Source of the DNA: Escherichia phage vB_EcoM_DalCa | Length of the DNA stretch: 64,000 bases | Sequence record: NC_054908.1 | Strand: one strand, 5' to 3' | In this document: piece by piece, positions 36,996 through 47,871 of the stretch | How positions within the stretch are numbered: position 1 is the stretch's first letter | How the letters are laid out: every line of letters begins with the position of its first letter | The notes under the pieces: model-generated | The model's database searches: none | What the model saw: the letters and a program-made list of their open reading frames with translations, nothing else | What the model was told of the DNA's origin: nothing | Translations under genes and position numbers: made by a program

Positions 36996-37082
36996 TGGTG
37001 GGGAGTGGTGGAGTCGAACCACCCGAGTCGCAATGACAATGGATTTACAGTCCACACCGCTACCTCTACGGGATAACTCCCC
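36996..37082 (-). tRNA. tRNA-Tyr (anticodon GUA), class II long variable arm, CCA encoded
   Basis: Manual fold: acceptor GGGGAGT/ACTCCCC, anticodon loop CUGUAAA, long variable arm, T-arm GGTGG-TTCGACT-CCACC; 87 nt; not part of the T4 set. Confidence 0.7.
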
Positions 37083-37091
37083 AAATTAATT

Positions 37092-37166
37092 TGGTGGCCC
37101 TGGGTGGAATTGAACCACCATCTGGCGATTATGAGTCGCTTGCTTGAACCTTCCAGCTACAGGGCC
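37092..37166 (-). tRNA. tRNA with anticodon CAU (Met or lysidine-modified Ile), CCA encoded
   Basis: Manual fold: acceptor GGCCCTG/CAGGGCC, anticodon loop CUCAUAA, T-arm GGTGG-TTCAATT-CCACC; cannot separate Met from Ile(LAU) by eye. Confidence 0.65.
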
Positions 37167-37167
37167 T

Positions 37168-37243
37168 TGGTGCTGATTGACGGAATCGAACCGCCGACCT
37201 TCTCATTACAAGTGAGTTGCTCTACCTACTGAGCTAAATCAGC
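37168..37243 (-). tRNA. tRNA-Thr (anticodon UGU), CCA encoded
   Basis: Manual fold: acceptor GCTGATT/AATCAGC, anticodon loop CUUGUAA, T-loop TTCGATT. Confidence 0.75.
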
Positions 37244-37248
37244 AAAAC

Positions 37249-37338
37249 TGGCGGAGGCGATAGGATTTGAACCTATGAGTCGCCGGAGCGACTGCCGGTT
37301 TTCAAGACCGGTGCATTAAACCACTCTGCCACGCCTCC
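37249..37338 (-). tRNA. tRNA-Ser (anticodon UGA), class II, CCA encoded
   Basis: Manual fold: acceptor GGAGGCG/CGCCTCC, anticodon arm CCGGT-CUUGAAA-ACCGG, long variable arm; 90 nt. Confidence 0.8.
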
Positions 37339-37340
37339 AG

Positions 37341-37414
37341 TCTCCGTGGCAGGATTTGAACCTACGACATTCTACTCCCAAAGCAGACGCTCTACCAAAC
37401 TGAGCTACACGGAG
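37341..37414 (-). tRNA. tRNA-Pro (anticodon UGG), CCA not encoded
   Basis: Manual fold: acceptor CTCCGTG/CACGGAG, anticodon loop UUUGGGA, T-loop TTCAAAT; 3' end abuts tRNA-Ser 5' end, consistent with the T4-type Pro-Ser dimeric precursor. Confidence 0.75.
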
Positions 37415-37424
37415 TAAATTAAAT

Positions 37425-37498
<74 letters not shown>

Positions 37499-37503
37499 AA
37501 ATT

Positions 37504-37590
37504 TGGTGCGAGAAGTGGGACTCGAACCCACAAGGAAATCATTCCGCAGCATTTTAAGTGCTGTGCCTTTACCAATTTGGCCATTCTCGC
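37504..37590 (-). tRNA. tRNA-Leu (anticodon UAA), class II, CCA encoded
   Basis: Manual fold: acceptor GCGAGAA/TTCTCGC, anticodon arm CAGCA-CUUAAAA-UGCUG, long variable arm; 87 nt. Confidence 0.8.
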
Positions 37591-37591
37591 G

Positions 37592-37664
37592 CTGGGAATA
37601 AAGGACTCGAACCTTTGCATCCTGGAATCAAAATCCAGTGCCTTACCAACTTGGCTAATTCCCA
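37592..37664 (-). tRNA. tRNA-Gln (anticodon UUG), CCA not encoded
   Basis: Manual fold: acceptor TGGGAAT/ATTCCCA (U1-A72), anticodon arm CTGGA-UUUUGAU-TCCAG, T-arm AAAGG-TTCGAGT-CCTTT; 3' end abuts tRNA-Leu as in the T4 Gln-Leu dimeric precursor. Confidence 0.75.
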
Positions 37665-37761
37665 ATTATTAACAAAGGCTCTTAAGCAAGAACCCTTGAT
37701 GATAGAGGGTATTAATCAGTGCGATATGAGTTAATAATAACAAATAATTCTTAAAGCATAT

Positions 37762-38049
37762 TTACCATTTATAATAATACATATTTACGATGCATTCAAG
37801 ACCCAAAGGATTCTTGAAAATATCATATTCAAGAGGACCTTTTTCTGTTTCAATAAAGAAATCAAAATTTACTGTATTAAATTTACGTTCTTCCTTCACT
37901 AATTTAACTTGAGAAGATGAACGGTCAATGTAAACCTTTTCAACTTCAAAACATGTTAAAATGCCATAATCATCAATCAAAGCTTTAGCCGCGTCTTGAT
38001 CATATTTATATCCATTTTCAATGGATGATACTTTCGCATAAAGAATCAT
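37762..38049 (-). CDS. Hypothetical protein
   Basis: 95-aa ORF upstream of the tRNA cluster. Confidence 0.5.
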   Translation of the reverse strand: MILYAKVSSIENGYKYDQDAAKALIDDYGILTCFEVEKVYIDRSSSQVKLVKEERKFNTVNFDFFIETEKGPLEYDIFKNPLGLECIVNMYYYKW

Positions 38050-38051
38050 TA

Positions 38052-38450
38052 TCAGCCTTCATCAACAATAGTGTGAGTATTAGCATTTACGATTTGCCAC
38101 CAATCAAAGCGATTAGAATCCATCGGTTTGTTTTCATTTTCTTTGATAATGTCACGGAGTTCATCTTCAGAGAATGCTTTAGCAATTAAATCGGTATACC
38201 CACCACGGGGATAATAATTATCACCTGCAAACAAAAGGAAATTTACCTTCCCGGAAGCAACATATGCTTCCTTAGGATACTTGTTTCCTGCGTGGTCAAC
38301 CACTTCAATATAACGGTAAGGAATATCGGTTCTTTCAACCCATTGCCATGCCGCCGCAGGGGAATCGAAAGCATCTACACCTAAACGATTATCTTCATCT
38401 TTAGACGGATTATTTTCGTAATCCGCATATACATAATATTCAACGTTCAT
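38052..38450 (-). CDS. Hypothetical acidic protein
   Basis: 132-aa ORF. Confidence 0.5.
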   Translation of the reverse strand: MNVEYYVYADYENNPSKDEDNRLGVDAFDSPAAAWQWVERTDIPYRYIEVVDHAGNKYPKEAYVASGKVNFLLFAGDNYYPRGGYTDLIAKAFSEDELRDIIKENENKPMDSNRFDWWQIVNANTHTIVDEG

Positions 38451-38635
38451 TATTCACCTTTAGAAATTTTATCCATAACAATAGCAATTAAACCAATTAA
38501 AAATGCTACTACAAGTGAAAAAACATTTTCTGCCGTAGTCAATAATCCGCATATAAATCCAACAAACATTGAAAAACTGAAAGCGGAAGCAGAAATTGCA
38601 ATAGCAACATTTCGAATTAATTCACAACGTTTCAT
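38450..38635 (-). CDS. Hypothetical small membrane protein
   Basis: 61 aa, two hydrophobic helices; early-type promoter upstream. Confidence 0.45.
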   Translation of the reverse strand: MKRCELIRNVAIAISASAFSFSMFVGFICGLLTTAENVFSLVVAFLIGLIAIVMDKISKGE

Positions 38636-38663
38636 TTTATTCTCCTCAGTAGTAGATAGGGTA

Positions 38664-38692
38664 ATAGTATCACTACCCTATCTAAAAGTAAA
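38664..38692 (-). promoter_or_regulatory. T4 early-type promoter module upstream of 38450..38635
   Basis: GATAGGGTAATAGTATCAC...AGTAAAC on plus; 17-bp spacing. Confidence 0.5.
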
Positions 38693-38693
38693 C

Positions 38694-38939
38694 TTATTTT
38701 TTACGAAAAATTGATTTATTTTCTGCTGCCCATTTTTCAATAACTGCAGCAGGACCAGTAACAACAATTTTATCACCGTAATCTTCTGCGGCGAGTTGAC
38801 CGAAATTATCTAATGCATCACGAAGAACTCCATGAGGCATTTCACCCATTTTATCTTTCTTGCCAGTGTAAATAAACTCAACTTTTACATCAGCAGTTTC
38901 AGCAATAAATTCTTGGTAAGTTTTCATTTTGATTTCCAT
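38694..38939 (-). CDS. Internal-protein-like capsid-targeted protein (IP family candidate)
   Basis: 81-aa ORF; from its fifth codon reads MKTYQEFIAETA, matching the T4 IP capsid-targeting sequence; true start may be that internal ATG. Confidence 0.55.
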   Translation of the reverse strand: MEIKMKTYQEFIAETADVKVEFIYTGKKDKMGEMPHGVLRDALDNFGQLAAEDYGDKIVVTGPAAVIEKWAAENKSIFRKK

Positions 38940-38961
38940 TTGGTTTTGTTTTGATAGGGTA

Positions 38962-38990
38962 ATAGTATCACAACTAAAACCCTATGTAAA
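38962..38990 (-). promoter_or_regulatory. T4 early-type promoter module upstream of IP-like gene 38694..38939
   Basis: TTGATAGGGTAATAGTATCAC...TGTAAACAACTTTGTGAAATTATTTTA on plus. Confidence 0.55.
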
Positions 38991-39003
38991 CAACTTTGTG
39001 AAA

Positions 39004-39261
39004 TTATTTTAAATCTTCTAATCGTTTCTTCATCTTAGAACCATTTTTAGCAATTTCTCCTGCATCGGAGCATAATGCTAAAAGTGCTTTAACTTTAGTT
39101 TGGTCTCCTTTAAAAGATGAAGGATCGACCGCAGCAGCAAGTTCTTTAATACGAGAGAAAAGACGCTCAGCTTCAGCTAAAGCCATTCCAAGCTTTACTT
39201 CCATACCGTGGGAAGATTCAGTGATAGTAGTTTTTGTAGCAAACTCTTTGAAAGTTTTCAT
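39004..39261 (-). CDS. Internal-protein-like capsid-targeted protein (IP family candidate)
   Basis: 85 aa; N-terminus MKTFKEFATKTTITE resembles CTS with L/I-x-E site. Confidence 0.5.
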   Translation of the reverse strand: MKTFKEFATKTTITESSHGMEVKLGMALAEAERLFSRIKELAAAVDPSSFKGDQTKVKALLALCSDAGEIAKNGSKMKKRLEDLK

Positions 39262-39291
39262 TTTTATTTTCCTAATTAATTTTGATGAGGT

Positions 39292-39320
39292 AATAGTATC
39301 ACTACCTCATCAGTATGTAA
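39292..39320 (-). promoter_or_regulatory. T4 early-type promoter module upstream of IP-like gene 39004..39261
   Basis: Near-identical copy of the module at 38962-38990. Confidence 0.55.
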
Positions 39321-39334
39321 ACAACTTTGTGAAA

Positions 39335-40019
<685 letters not shown>

Positions 40020-40020
<1 letters not shown>

Positions 40021-40745
40021 TATAGTACCTTTAGTGTATTTTTAATTTTAGAAAAAAGTTCTTCAAGAGAACCATCGTTTGTAATTACTAAATCGCCATC
40101 ACGAATTGGCAATCCAGCTTCTGTAATATGTGTATCATTGGATTTTTGACCAGGACGAACTACATGAATTACTGTAGCACCCATCGCCCTAGCCGCATCC
40201 ATTTCATGATCTTGGCGGGTATCAGGAACGATATAATAATCATAACCTGAGTTAAATTTATCAAGATAATCTAAAGCAAATAATTTTACCCAGTACATGC
40301 GGTCGAAGTTATTAACAATCAAATCCGTACCTAGGGCTTGCATCAGACGACGGACTGACCATTGATCTTCAATATTATTTATAACGTCAATAATCTTGTT
40401 AAATGCTACGGAATTAACTGATTCTTGTCCTTCGTCATCAAAAACAAACACACCTTTAATTGGGCTTTTACCATTAAGATAGCAAAATGCTTGTTCCATA
40501 ATCGTGATTACTTCTGATTTAGTCAGATTTAAATTAGTCTCACGATCATAGTCAATTCCTTCAAACTCTTTACGAGTTAAGCAAGGATAGTCAGTGTTTG
40601 CTGCAAATACTCCCCATGCATAAGCCAATGCATCCTTAATAGGACCAGCAAGTTGGTATTTAACTGCAGAATAATTGCTCATGATAAAATCAGCAGTAGT
40701 ATCTTTTCCACTACGCTTTACACCGCTTAAAAAGATTAGTTTCAT
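40020..40745 (-). CDS. 1: Deoxynucleoside monophosphate kinase gp1
   Basis: ORF 40020..40784 trimmed to ATG giving 241 aa (MKLIFLSGVKRSGKDTTADF, P-loop) preceded by GAGGAG; matches T4 gp1. Confidence 0.9.
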
Positions 40746-40794
40746 GTGTTTCTCCTCAAATTTAATTAAGATTATAACACACAAAACTGAAGCA

Positions 40795-41325
40795 TTAAAC
40801 TTCCGCTATAATTTTTCCATCTTTTTCTACTTGAAAATACGTATAAGGAATCGTTGCTGTACATACTAAAGCCGGGTCTGAATCTTCTGTGTAGCTAAAT
40901 TCTACTTCAGATAGGTCAGAAACCCAAGGCTTATAAAAATTTATTGACATCACGATTTCAGTTTTGCTATTATCTAAAATGTAAAGCGTAATGTATTCAG
41001 GACCTGTTTTTTGGGCAGTATTTTCACCTGTAAGATAGTTGCTAGTTCCTAGCATCCATTCATACATTCCTATCCATGACTTAAGTTCTTCATCAACTAT
41101 AAATCTCACGATGAGTGGATCGTACTCAAATGTAGCACCTGGACGTTGTGCTCGGCCCAGTCCAAACGGCCCAGTCACGGTATCGGTAACAGGTATCCTA
41201 ATTCCAGGAATAGGAACTGACTGAGCATTTAAAGTAAAAGCAGATGTAGTATTACTATGTGGTATTGATACTACAAAGTTAGTTGTATTTGCTTGGTTAA
41301 AAATTTGTTGCAGTGCTTGCGACAT
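40795..41325 (-). CDS. 3: Tail completion/sheath stabilizer protein gp3
   Basis: ORF 40795..41406 trimmed to ATG (MSQALQQIF) preceded by GAGGAA giving 176 aa; position between genes 1 and 2. Confidence 0.75.
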   Translation of the reverse strand: MSQALQQIFNQANTTNFVVSIPHSNTTSAFTLNAQSVPIPGIRIPVTDTVTGPFGLGRAQRPGATFEYDPLIVRFIVDEELKSWIGMYEWMLGTSNYLTGENTAQKTGPEYITLYILDNSKTEIVMSINFYKPWVSDLSEVEFSYTEDSDPALVCTATIPYTYFQVEKDGKIIAEV

Positions 41326-41431
41326 ATATTCCTCATAATGCTTTATAACTGTTGGTGGTATAATGGGTCTAAGTCCCTTCCATTCAATTCCATTTAGAAC
41401 AAACAACAGAAAAGAATGGAAGATAATAGAA

Positions 41432-42256
41432 TTAGATATTTGACCAGACTTTGTTTGCAGAGAAACGTTTTCCTTTTGAAACGAACTGCTGAAGTGGCAT
41501 TAACACAACGTTCGCCCAGTCTTTCGGGGCGATTTCAACAAGGCTACCCATAATATTACCAGGTATATATGCCTTAATCATTTGGTCTGCACCCCTAAAT
41601 CCTTTCACTTGACTCCAATCAATTTTTAATTTCGTTTTATTAGTAATAGTAGGTGTATTTGCATATTGCTTTAAAAGCTCTTCTAGAAACTGTTGACGAG
41701 CTTTAGGTGGAATATAGTGCAAGTTTAATCCATACATTAAATTATGCTTACCTAAACCAAGGTAAATTATTAAAGGAAATTTATCCCAGTAAGGAAGAGT
41801 TTCCTTGTGTTTAGCATCATAAGCAAAAGCATATATTCGTCCCGGCTGCGGGCGAACAACTTTATGTCCTTTTACTTGCTTAATAGTTTCAGCAAACCAC
41901 TTTCTGGTTTTATTATTAATTGCTGCGCCTTCATTACGAATTTTATCACGCAATGTTTGTCTGAATGAATTTATCATAAGCAGTTGTCTTTCTTGCTTAT
42001 TGAGTTTATTCATTGGTTTTGATTCAAGCTTTTGAATCTTTTCAGCCGTTTTAATTCCTGAAGCATATTTTGACATTGCTGAAGTAAACGTAGAGTATTT
42101 GATTCCTCTTTCTTCAGCAAATTGCTTTCCTGTCATTCCTTTTGCTTTGGCCTTTTTATATTCAAGACCTATTTGAATCCATTTCTTTTCGTTTAATGAT
42201 TGCTTAACCTTTGGAACTTGGGGAGTGCTTTCATTAATTATTTGAAAAATAGCCAT
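41432..42256 (-). CDS. 2: DNA end-protector protein gp2
   Basis: 274 aa; length and position match T4 gp2. Confidence 0.85.
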
Positions 42257-42708
42257 TATGCCCCCTTAAAGCCAAGAGCTCGTAATCCATCTTCTGTTAA
42301 AATTCTAAATTTTATTCCACGCTTTTCAGCTAAAGATTGTGCTGCTTTCCATTTGTCGGTATTAACAGAATATGTATAAATTTCATTCATAAATCTTTTC
42401 TTCGCTGCTGTTGTTAGATGTGCTGGTTTAACTGGTGGTTGTGTTTCTTTTTTAGGTTTTATTTCAATAAAAAATTCTTGTCCAGAAGAATCTTTCATCC
42501 AAATATCCATGAAGTATCTACGTTTTTTCCCTTCTGCATTACAAAAATAAGGAATTACTGCTGTTTCACTACCCCATGCAATAATTTCTGGATTTTTATC
42601 TAACCATTCAAAAAAGAATTTTTCCCAATTTGATCTATACGTAATTTTTTTAGGGTCACCTCTATACTTTGATATATTTTTAGGAACCCATTTTCCAGAA
42701 TATGCCAT
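42256..42708 (-). CDS. 4: Head completion protein gp4
   Basis: 150 aa; length and position match T4 gp4; TATAAATA late motif upstream. Confidence 0.85.
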
Positions 42709-42719
42709 TGGATTCTCCT

Positions 42720-42727
42720 TATAAATA
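42720..42727 (+). promoter_or_regulatory. T4-type late promoter (TATAAATA) for gene 53 operon
   Basis: Exact TATAAATA about 28 nt upstream of gene 53 ATG, followed by GGAGG RBS. Confidence 0.7.
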
Positions 42728-42734
42728 GATAATA

Positions 42735-42742
42735 TATTTATA
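42735..42742 (-). promoter_or_regulatory. T4-type late promoter (TATAAATA) for gene 4-2 transcription, divergent from the gene 53 promoter
   Basis: Plus strand reads TATTTATA, i.e. TATAAATA on minus, about 27 nt upstream of gene 4 ATG. Confidence 0.6.
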
Positions 42743-42755
42743 AACAGGAGGGCCC

Positions 42756-43346
42756 ATGCTCTTTACATTTTTTGATCCGATTGAATATGCGGCCAAAACG
42801 GTGAATAAAAACGCGCCGACTATTCCTATGACAGATATTTTTAGAAACTATAAAGACTATTTTAAACGCGCTCTTGCGGGATACCGCTTACGTACTTATT
42901 ATATCAAAGGTTCACCACGCCCGGAAGAATTAGCAAATACTATATATGGAAATCCACAGTTGTATTGGGTTTTATTGATGTGTAATGATAATTATGACCC
43001 GTATTATGGATGGATTACTTCACAAGAAGCAGCTTATCAAGCATCTATACAAAAATACAAAAATGTAGGTGGAGACCAAATAGTATATCATGTGAATGAG
43101 AACGGCGAAAAATTTTATAATTTAATATCATACGATGATAATCCATATGTTTGGTATGACAAAGGCGATAAAGCTAGAAAATATCCTCAATATGAAGGAG
43201 CACTTGCTGCTGTTAATACGTATGAAGATGCTGTTCTTGAAAATGAAAAACTTCGTCAAATAAAAATAATAGCAAAATCAGACATCAATTCATTTATGAA
43301 CGACCTTATACGTATAATGGAGAAATCTTATGGAAATGATAAGTAA
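42756..43346 (+). CDS. 53: Baseplate wedge protein gp53
   Basis: 196 aa; first plus-strand late gene, TATAAATA motif about 28 nt upstream; T4 synteny. Confidence 0.85.
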   Translation: MLFTFFDPIEYAAKTVNKNAPTIPMTDIFRNYKDYFKRALAGYRLRTYYIKGSPRPEELANTIYGNPQLYWVLLMCNDNYDPYYGWITSQEAAYQASIQKYKNVGGDQIVYHVNENGEKFYNLISYDDNPYVWYDKGDKARKYPQYEGALAAVNTYEDAVLENEKLRQIKIIAKSDINSFMNDLIRIMEKSYGNDK

Positions 43347-45057
43347 TAACCTTAATTGGTTTGTTGGTGTTGTTGAAGATAGAATGGACCCATTAAAATT
43401 AGGTCGTGTTCGTGTTCGTGTGGTTGGTCTGCATCCACCTCAAAGAGCACAAGGCGATGTAATGGGTATTCCAACTGAAAAATTACCATGGATGTCAGTT
43501 ATTCAACCTATAACTTCTGCAGCAATGTCTGGAATTGGAGGTTCTGTTACTGGACCGGTAGAAGGAACTAGAGTTTATGGTCATTTTTTAGACAAATGGA
43601 AAACTAACGGAATTGTCCTTGGCACGTATGGTGGAATAGTTCGCGAAAAACCGAATAGACTTGAAGGATTTTCTGACCCAACTGGGCAATATCCTAGACG
43701 TTTAGGAAATGATACTAATGTATTAAACCAAGGCGGAGAAGTAGGATATGATTCGTCTTCTAATATTATCCAAGATAGCAATCTAGACACTGCGATAAAT
43801 CCTGATGATAGACCGCTATCAGAGATTCCAACTGATGATAATCCAAATATGTCAATGGCTGAAATGCTTCGCCGTGATGAAGGATTAAGACTAAAAGTCT
43901 ATTGGGATACAGAAGGATATCCGACAATTGGTATTGGTCATCTTATCATAAAGCAGCCAGTTCGTGATATGGCTCAAATTAATAAAGTTTTATCGAAACA
44001 AGTTGGTCGTGAAATTACTGGAAACCCAGGTTCTATTACAATGGAAGAAGCGACGACTTTATTTGAACGTGATTTGGCTGATATGCAAAGGGATATTAAA
44101 TCACATTCTAAAGTAGGACCAGTCTGGCAAGCTGTCAACCGTTCTCGTCAAATGGCATTAGAAAATATGGCGTTTCAGATGGGTGTTGGCGGTGTAGCTA
44201 AATTTAACACAATGTTAACTGCTATGTTAGCAGGAGATTGGGAAAAAGCATATAAAGCCGGTCGTGATTCATTGTGGTATCAACAAACAAAAGGCCGTGC
44301 ATCCCGTGTTACCATGATTATTCTTACAGGTAATTTGGAATCATATGGTGTTGAAGTGAAAACCCCAGCTAGGTCTCTATCAGCAATGGCTGCTACTGTA
44401 GCTAAATCTTCTGACCCGGCTGACCCTCCTATTCCAAATGACTCGAGAATTTTATTCAAAGAACCAGTTTCTTCATATAAAGGCGAATATCCTTATGTGC
44501 ATACAATGGAAACTGAAAGCGGACATATCCAAGAATTTGATGATACCCCTGGGCAAGAACGATACAGATTAGTTCATCCGACTGGAACTTATGAAGAAGT
44601 ATCACCGTCAGGAAGAAGAACAAGAAAAACTGTCGATAATTTGTATGATATAACCAACGCTGATGGTAATTTTTTGGTAGCCGGTGATAAAAAGACTAAC
44701 GTCGGTGGATCAGAAATTTATTACAACATGGATAATCGTCTTCACCAAATAGATGGAAGCAATACAATATTTGTACGTGGCGATGAAACTAAGACGGTTG
44801 AAGGTAATGGAACTATCCTAGTTAAAGGTAATGTTACTATTGTAGTTGAAGGTAATGCTGACATCACAGTTAAAGGAGATGCTACCACTTTAGTTGAAGG
44901 TAATCAAACTAATACAGTAAATGGAAATCTTTCTTGGAAAGTTGCTGGGACAGTTGATTGGGACGTTGGCGGTGATTGGACAGAAAAAATGGCATCTATG
45001 AGTTCTATTTCATCCGGTCAATACACAATTGATGGATCGAGGATTGACATTGGCTAA
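43330..45057 (+). CDS. 5: Baseplate hub/tail-associated lysozyme gp5
   Basis: 575 aa; central T4-lysozyme-like domain (MAEMLRRDEGLRLKVYWDTEGYPTIGIGHL) and C-terminal VxGxxxxx beta-helix repeats. Confidence 0.95.
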   Translation: MEMISNNLNWFVGVVEDRMDPLKLGRVRVRVVGLHPPQRAQGDVMGIPTEKLPWMSVIQPITSAAMSGIGGSVTGPVEGTRVYGHFLDKWKTNGIVLGTYGGIVREKPNRLEGFSDPTGQYPRRLGNDTNVLNQGGEVGYDSSSNIIQDSNLDTAINPDDRPLSEIPTDDNPNMSMAEMLRRDEGLRLKVYWDTEGYPTIGIGHLIIKQPVRDMAQINKVLSKQVGREITGNPGSITMEEATTLFERDLADMQRDIKSHSKVGPVWQAVNRSRQMALENMAFQMGVGGVAKFNTMLTAMLAGDWEKAYKAGRDSLWYQQTKGRASRVTMIILTGNLESYGVEVKTPARSLSAMAATVAKSSDPADPPIPNDSRILFKEPVSSYKGEYPYVHTMETESGHIQEFDDTPGQERYRLVHPTGTYEEVSPSGRRTRKTVDNLYDITNADGNFLVAGDKKTNVGGSEIYYNMDNRLHQIDGSNTIFVRGDETKTVEGNGTILVKGNVTIVVEGNADITVKGDATTLVEGNQTNTVNGNLSWKVAGTVDWDVGGDWTEKMASMSSISSGQYTIDGSRIDIG

Positions 45058-45067
45058 TATACTTCCA

Positions 45068-45586
45068 ATGAGCACTGATTTAGGAGAATCCATGGAAGGT
45101 TCTTCTATCGACGTCACCTTTACCGCTCAATTAGAAACAGGTGAAACGTTAGTATCTATAAATATAACTAGTTACGAAGAAACTCCTGGGGTTTTAGTAG
45201 AAGAAAATCGCTTATATGGAACATATGAATCTGTGTTTGGATTTGGAAATGACGCGTTGAAATATCGTTTAGGCGATGAATTTAAAACTGCTGCTTCATG
45301 GGAAGAACTTCCTACTGATTCTGATACTCAGTTGTATTTGTGGAAAGCTCCTCAAAATCTCCAGAAGACATTCACTTACGAAGTAACATTAATATATGAC
45401 TACCAAGAACAAAGTGAATCTGGAGGTTCTGGCAGTAATTCTAGGTCATCTTCTGATACTACTGAACCGACTGATCCTCCTGCTCCAGTAAGAAAAACTC
45501 TAGTTAAAAATTACACAAAAACTATAGTTGGAAATTGGAGTCGTTGGGCTAATAAATTAAGAAGCTATGTATATGAGAGGTCATAA
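45068..45586 (+). CDS. Hypothetical protein gp5.1-like
   Basis: ORF 45029..45586 trimmed to first ATG downstream of gp5 stop; acidic, Ser-rich; position as T4 5.1. Confidence 0.5.
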
Positions 45587-45880
45587 ATGTCAGGATTGAG
45601 TTATGATAAGTGTGTTACTGCTGGCCATGAAGCGTGGCCTCCAACAGTTGTGAATGCTACGCAAAGTAAAGTATTCACTGGAGGAATTGCTGTTCTCGTA
45701 GCAGGCGATCCAATTACAGAACATACAGAAATTAAAAAGCCATATGAAACACATGGCGGAGTGACACAACCTAGAACTTCTAAGGTATATGTCACTGGAA
45801 AGAAAGCTGTTCAAATGGCTGATCCAATATCATGCGGTGATACTGTGGCTCAGGCATCATCTAAAGTATTCATTAAATAG
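45587..45880 (+). CDS. 5.4: PAAR-repeat spike-tip protein gp5.4
   Basis: 97 aa; size and position match T4 gp5.4; Gly/Cys-containing PAAR-like segments. Confidence 0.8.
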
Positions 45881-45888
45881 GATTTAAA

Positions 45889-47871
45889 ATGGCAAATACC
45901 CCTGTAAATTATCAATTAACAAGAACAGCAAATGCTATTCCCGAGATATTCGTCGGTGGTACGTTTGCTGAAATAAAACAAAACCTCATTGAATGGCTTA
46001 ATGGCCAAAATGAATTTTTGGATTATGATTTTGAAGGCTCAAGATTAAACGTTCTGTGTGACCTTTTGGCTTATAATACGCTGTACATTCAGCAGTTTGG
46101 TAATGCTGCTGTATATGAAAGCTTTATGCGTACTGCTAACTTACGAAGCTCAGTTGTTCAAGCTGCACAAGATAACGGATATTTACCTACTTCAAAATCC
46201 GCTGCGCAAACCGAAATTATGTTAACATGCACCGACGCATTGAATAGGAATTACATTACAATTCCTCGCGGAACTCGCTTTTTAGCATATGCAAAAGATA
46301 CTTCTGTTAATCCATATAACTTCGTTTCTACCGAAGACGTTATTGCTATTCGTGATAAAAATAACCAATATTTTCCACGTTTAAAATTGGCCCAGGGACG
46401 TATAGTAAGAACTGAAATCATTTATGATAAATTAACACCTATTATCATTTATGACAAAAATATAGATAGAAACCAGGTTAAATTATACGTTGATGGAGCA
46501 GAATGGATTAACTGGACAAGAAAGTCAATGGTTCATGCTGGTTCTACATCGACAATTTACTACATGCGTGAAACTATTGATGGAAATACTGAATTCTATT
46601 TTGGTGAAGGTGAAATTTCTGTTAATGCTTCTGAAGGAGCTTTGACCGCTAATTATATCGGAGGTCTTAAACCTACTCAGAACTCTACGATTGTTATTGA
46701 GTACATCAGTACTAATGGTGCTGACGCGAACGGAGCAGTCGGATTTTCATACGCAGATACATTAACAAATATAACTGTCATCAATATTAATGAAAATCCA
46801 AACGATGACCCAGATTTTGTTGGGGCAGATGGCGGCGGTGATCCAGAAGATATTGAGCGTATCCGCGAATTGGGTACTATTAAACGCGAAACCCAGCAAC
46901 GCTGCGTAACTGCGACTGACTATGATACATTCGTTTCAGAGAGATTTGGTTCTATTATTCAAGCAGTTCAGACTTTCACTGATTCTACTAAACCTGGTTA
47001 TGCATTTATTGCTGCTAAACCTAAATCAGGTCTGTATTTAACTACTGTACAGCGTGAAGATATTAAAAATTATCTCAAAGACTATAATTTAGCTCCTATT
47101 ACGCCATCAATTATTTCTCCTAATTATCTTTTTATTAAGACTAATTTAAAAGTCACATATGCTTTAAATAAGCTGCAAGAATCCGAACAGTGGCTCGAAG
47201 GTCAAATAATTGATAAAATTGATCGTTATTATACCGAAGACGTAGAAATTTTTAATTCATCTTTCGCTAAATCTAAGATGTTGACATATGTAGATGATGC
47301 AGATCATTCTATCATTGGCTCATCAGCGACAATTCAAATTGTTCGTGAAGTACAAAACTTCTATAAAACGCCTGAAGCAGGTATTAAATACAATAATCAA
47401 ATAAAAGATCGTTCTATGGAATCTAATACGTTTTCATTTAATTCTGGACGAAAGGTTGTAAATCCTGATACTGGTTTAGAAGAAGATGTATTATATGACG
47501 TTCGCATAGTATCAACAGACCGAGATTCTAAAGGAATTGGTAAAGTTATTATTGGTCCATTTGCTTCTGGCGATGTTACAGAAAATGAAAACATTCAGCC
47601 GTATACGGGCAACGATTTTAACAAATTAGCAAATTCTGATGGACGCGACAAATACTATGTTATCGGTGAAATAAATTATCCAGCTGACATGATTTATTGG
47701 AATATCGCTAAAATTAATTTAACATCTGAAAAATTTGAAGTTCAGACTATTGAATTATATTCTGACCCAACCGATGATGTTATCTTTACTCGCGATGGTT
47801 CACTGATTGTATTTGAAAATGACTTACGTCCACAATACTTAACTATCGATTTGGAGCCTATATCACAATGA
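45889..47871 (+). CDS. 6: Baseplate wedge protein gp6
   Basis: 660 aa; T4 synteny and length. Confidence 0.9.
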   Translation: MANTPVNYQLTRTANAIPEIFVGGTFAEIKQNLIEWLNGQNEFLDYDFEGSRLNVLCDLLAYNTLYIQQFGNAAVYESFMRTANLRSSVVQAAQDNGYLPTSKSAAQTEIMLTCTDALNRNYITIPRGTRFLAYAKDTSVNPYNFVSTEDVIAIRDKNNQYFPRLKLAQGRIVRTEIIYDKLTPIIIYDKNIDRNQVKLYVDGAEWINWTRKSMVHAGSTSTIYYMRETIDGNTEFYFGEGEISVNASEGALTANYIGGLKPTQNSTIVIEYISTNGADANGAVGFSYADTLTNITVININENPNDDPDFVGADGGGDPEDIERIRELGTIKRETQQRCVTATDYDTFVSERFGSIIQAVQTFTDSTKPGYAFIAAKPKSGLYLTTVQREDIKNYLKDYNLAPITPSIISPNYLFIKTNLKVTYALNKLQESEQWLEGQIIDKIDRYYTEDVEIFNSSFAKSKMLTYVDDADHSIIGSSATIQIVREVQNFYKTPEAGIKYNNQIKDRSMESNTFSFNSGRKVVNPDTGLEEDVLYDVRIVSTDRDSKGIGKVIIGPFASGDVTENENIQPYTGNDFNKLANSDGRDKYYVIGEINYPADMIYWNIAKINLTSEKFEVQTIELYSDPTDDVIFTRDGSLIVFENDLRPQYLTIDLEPISQ

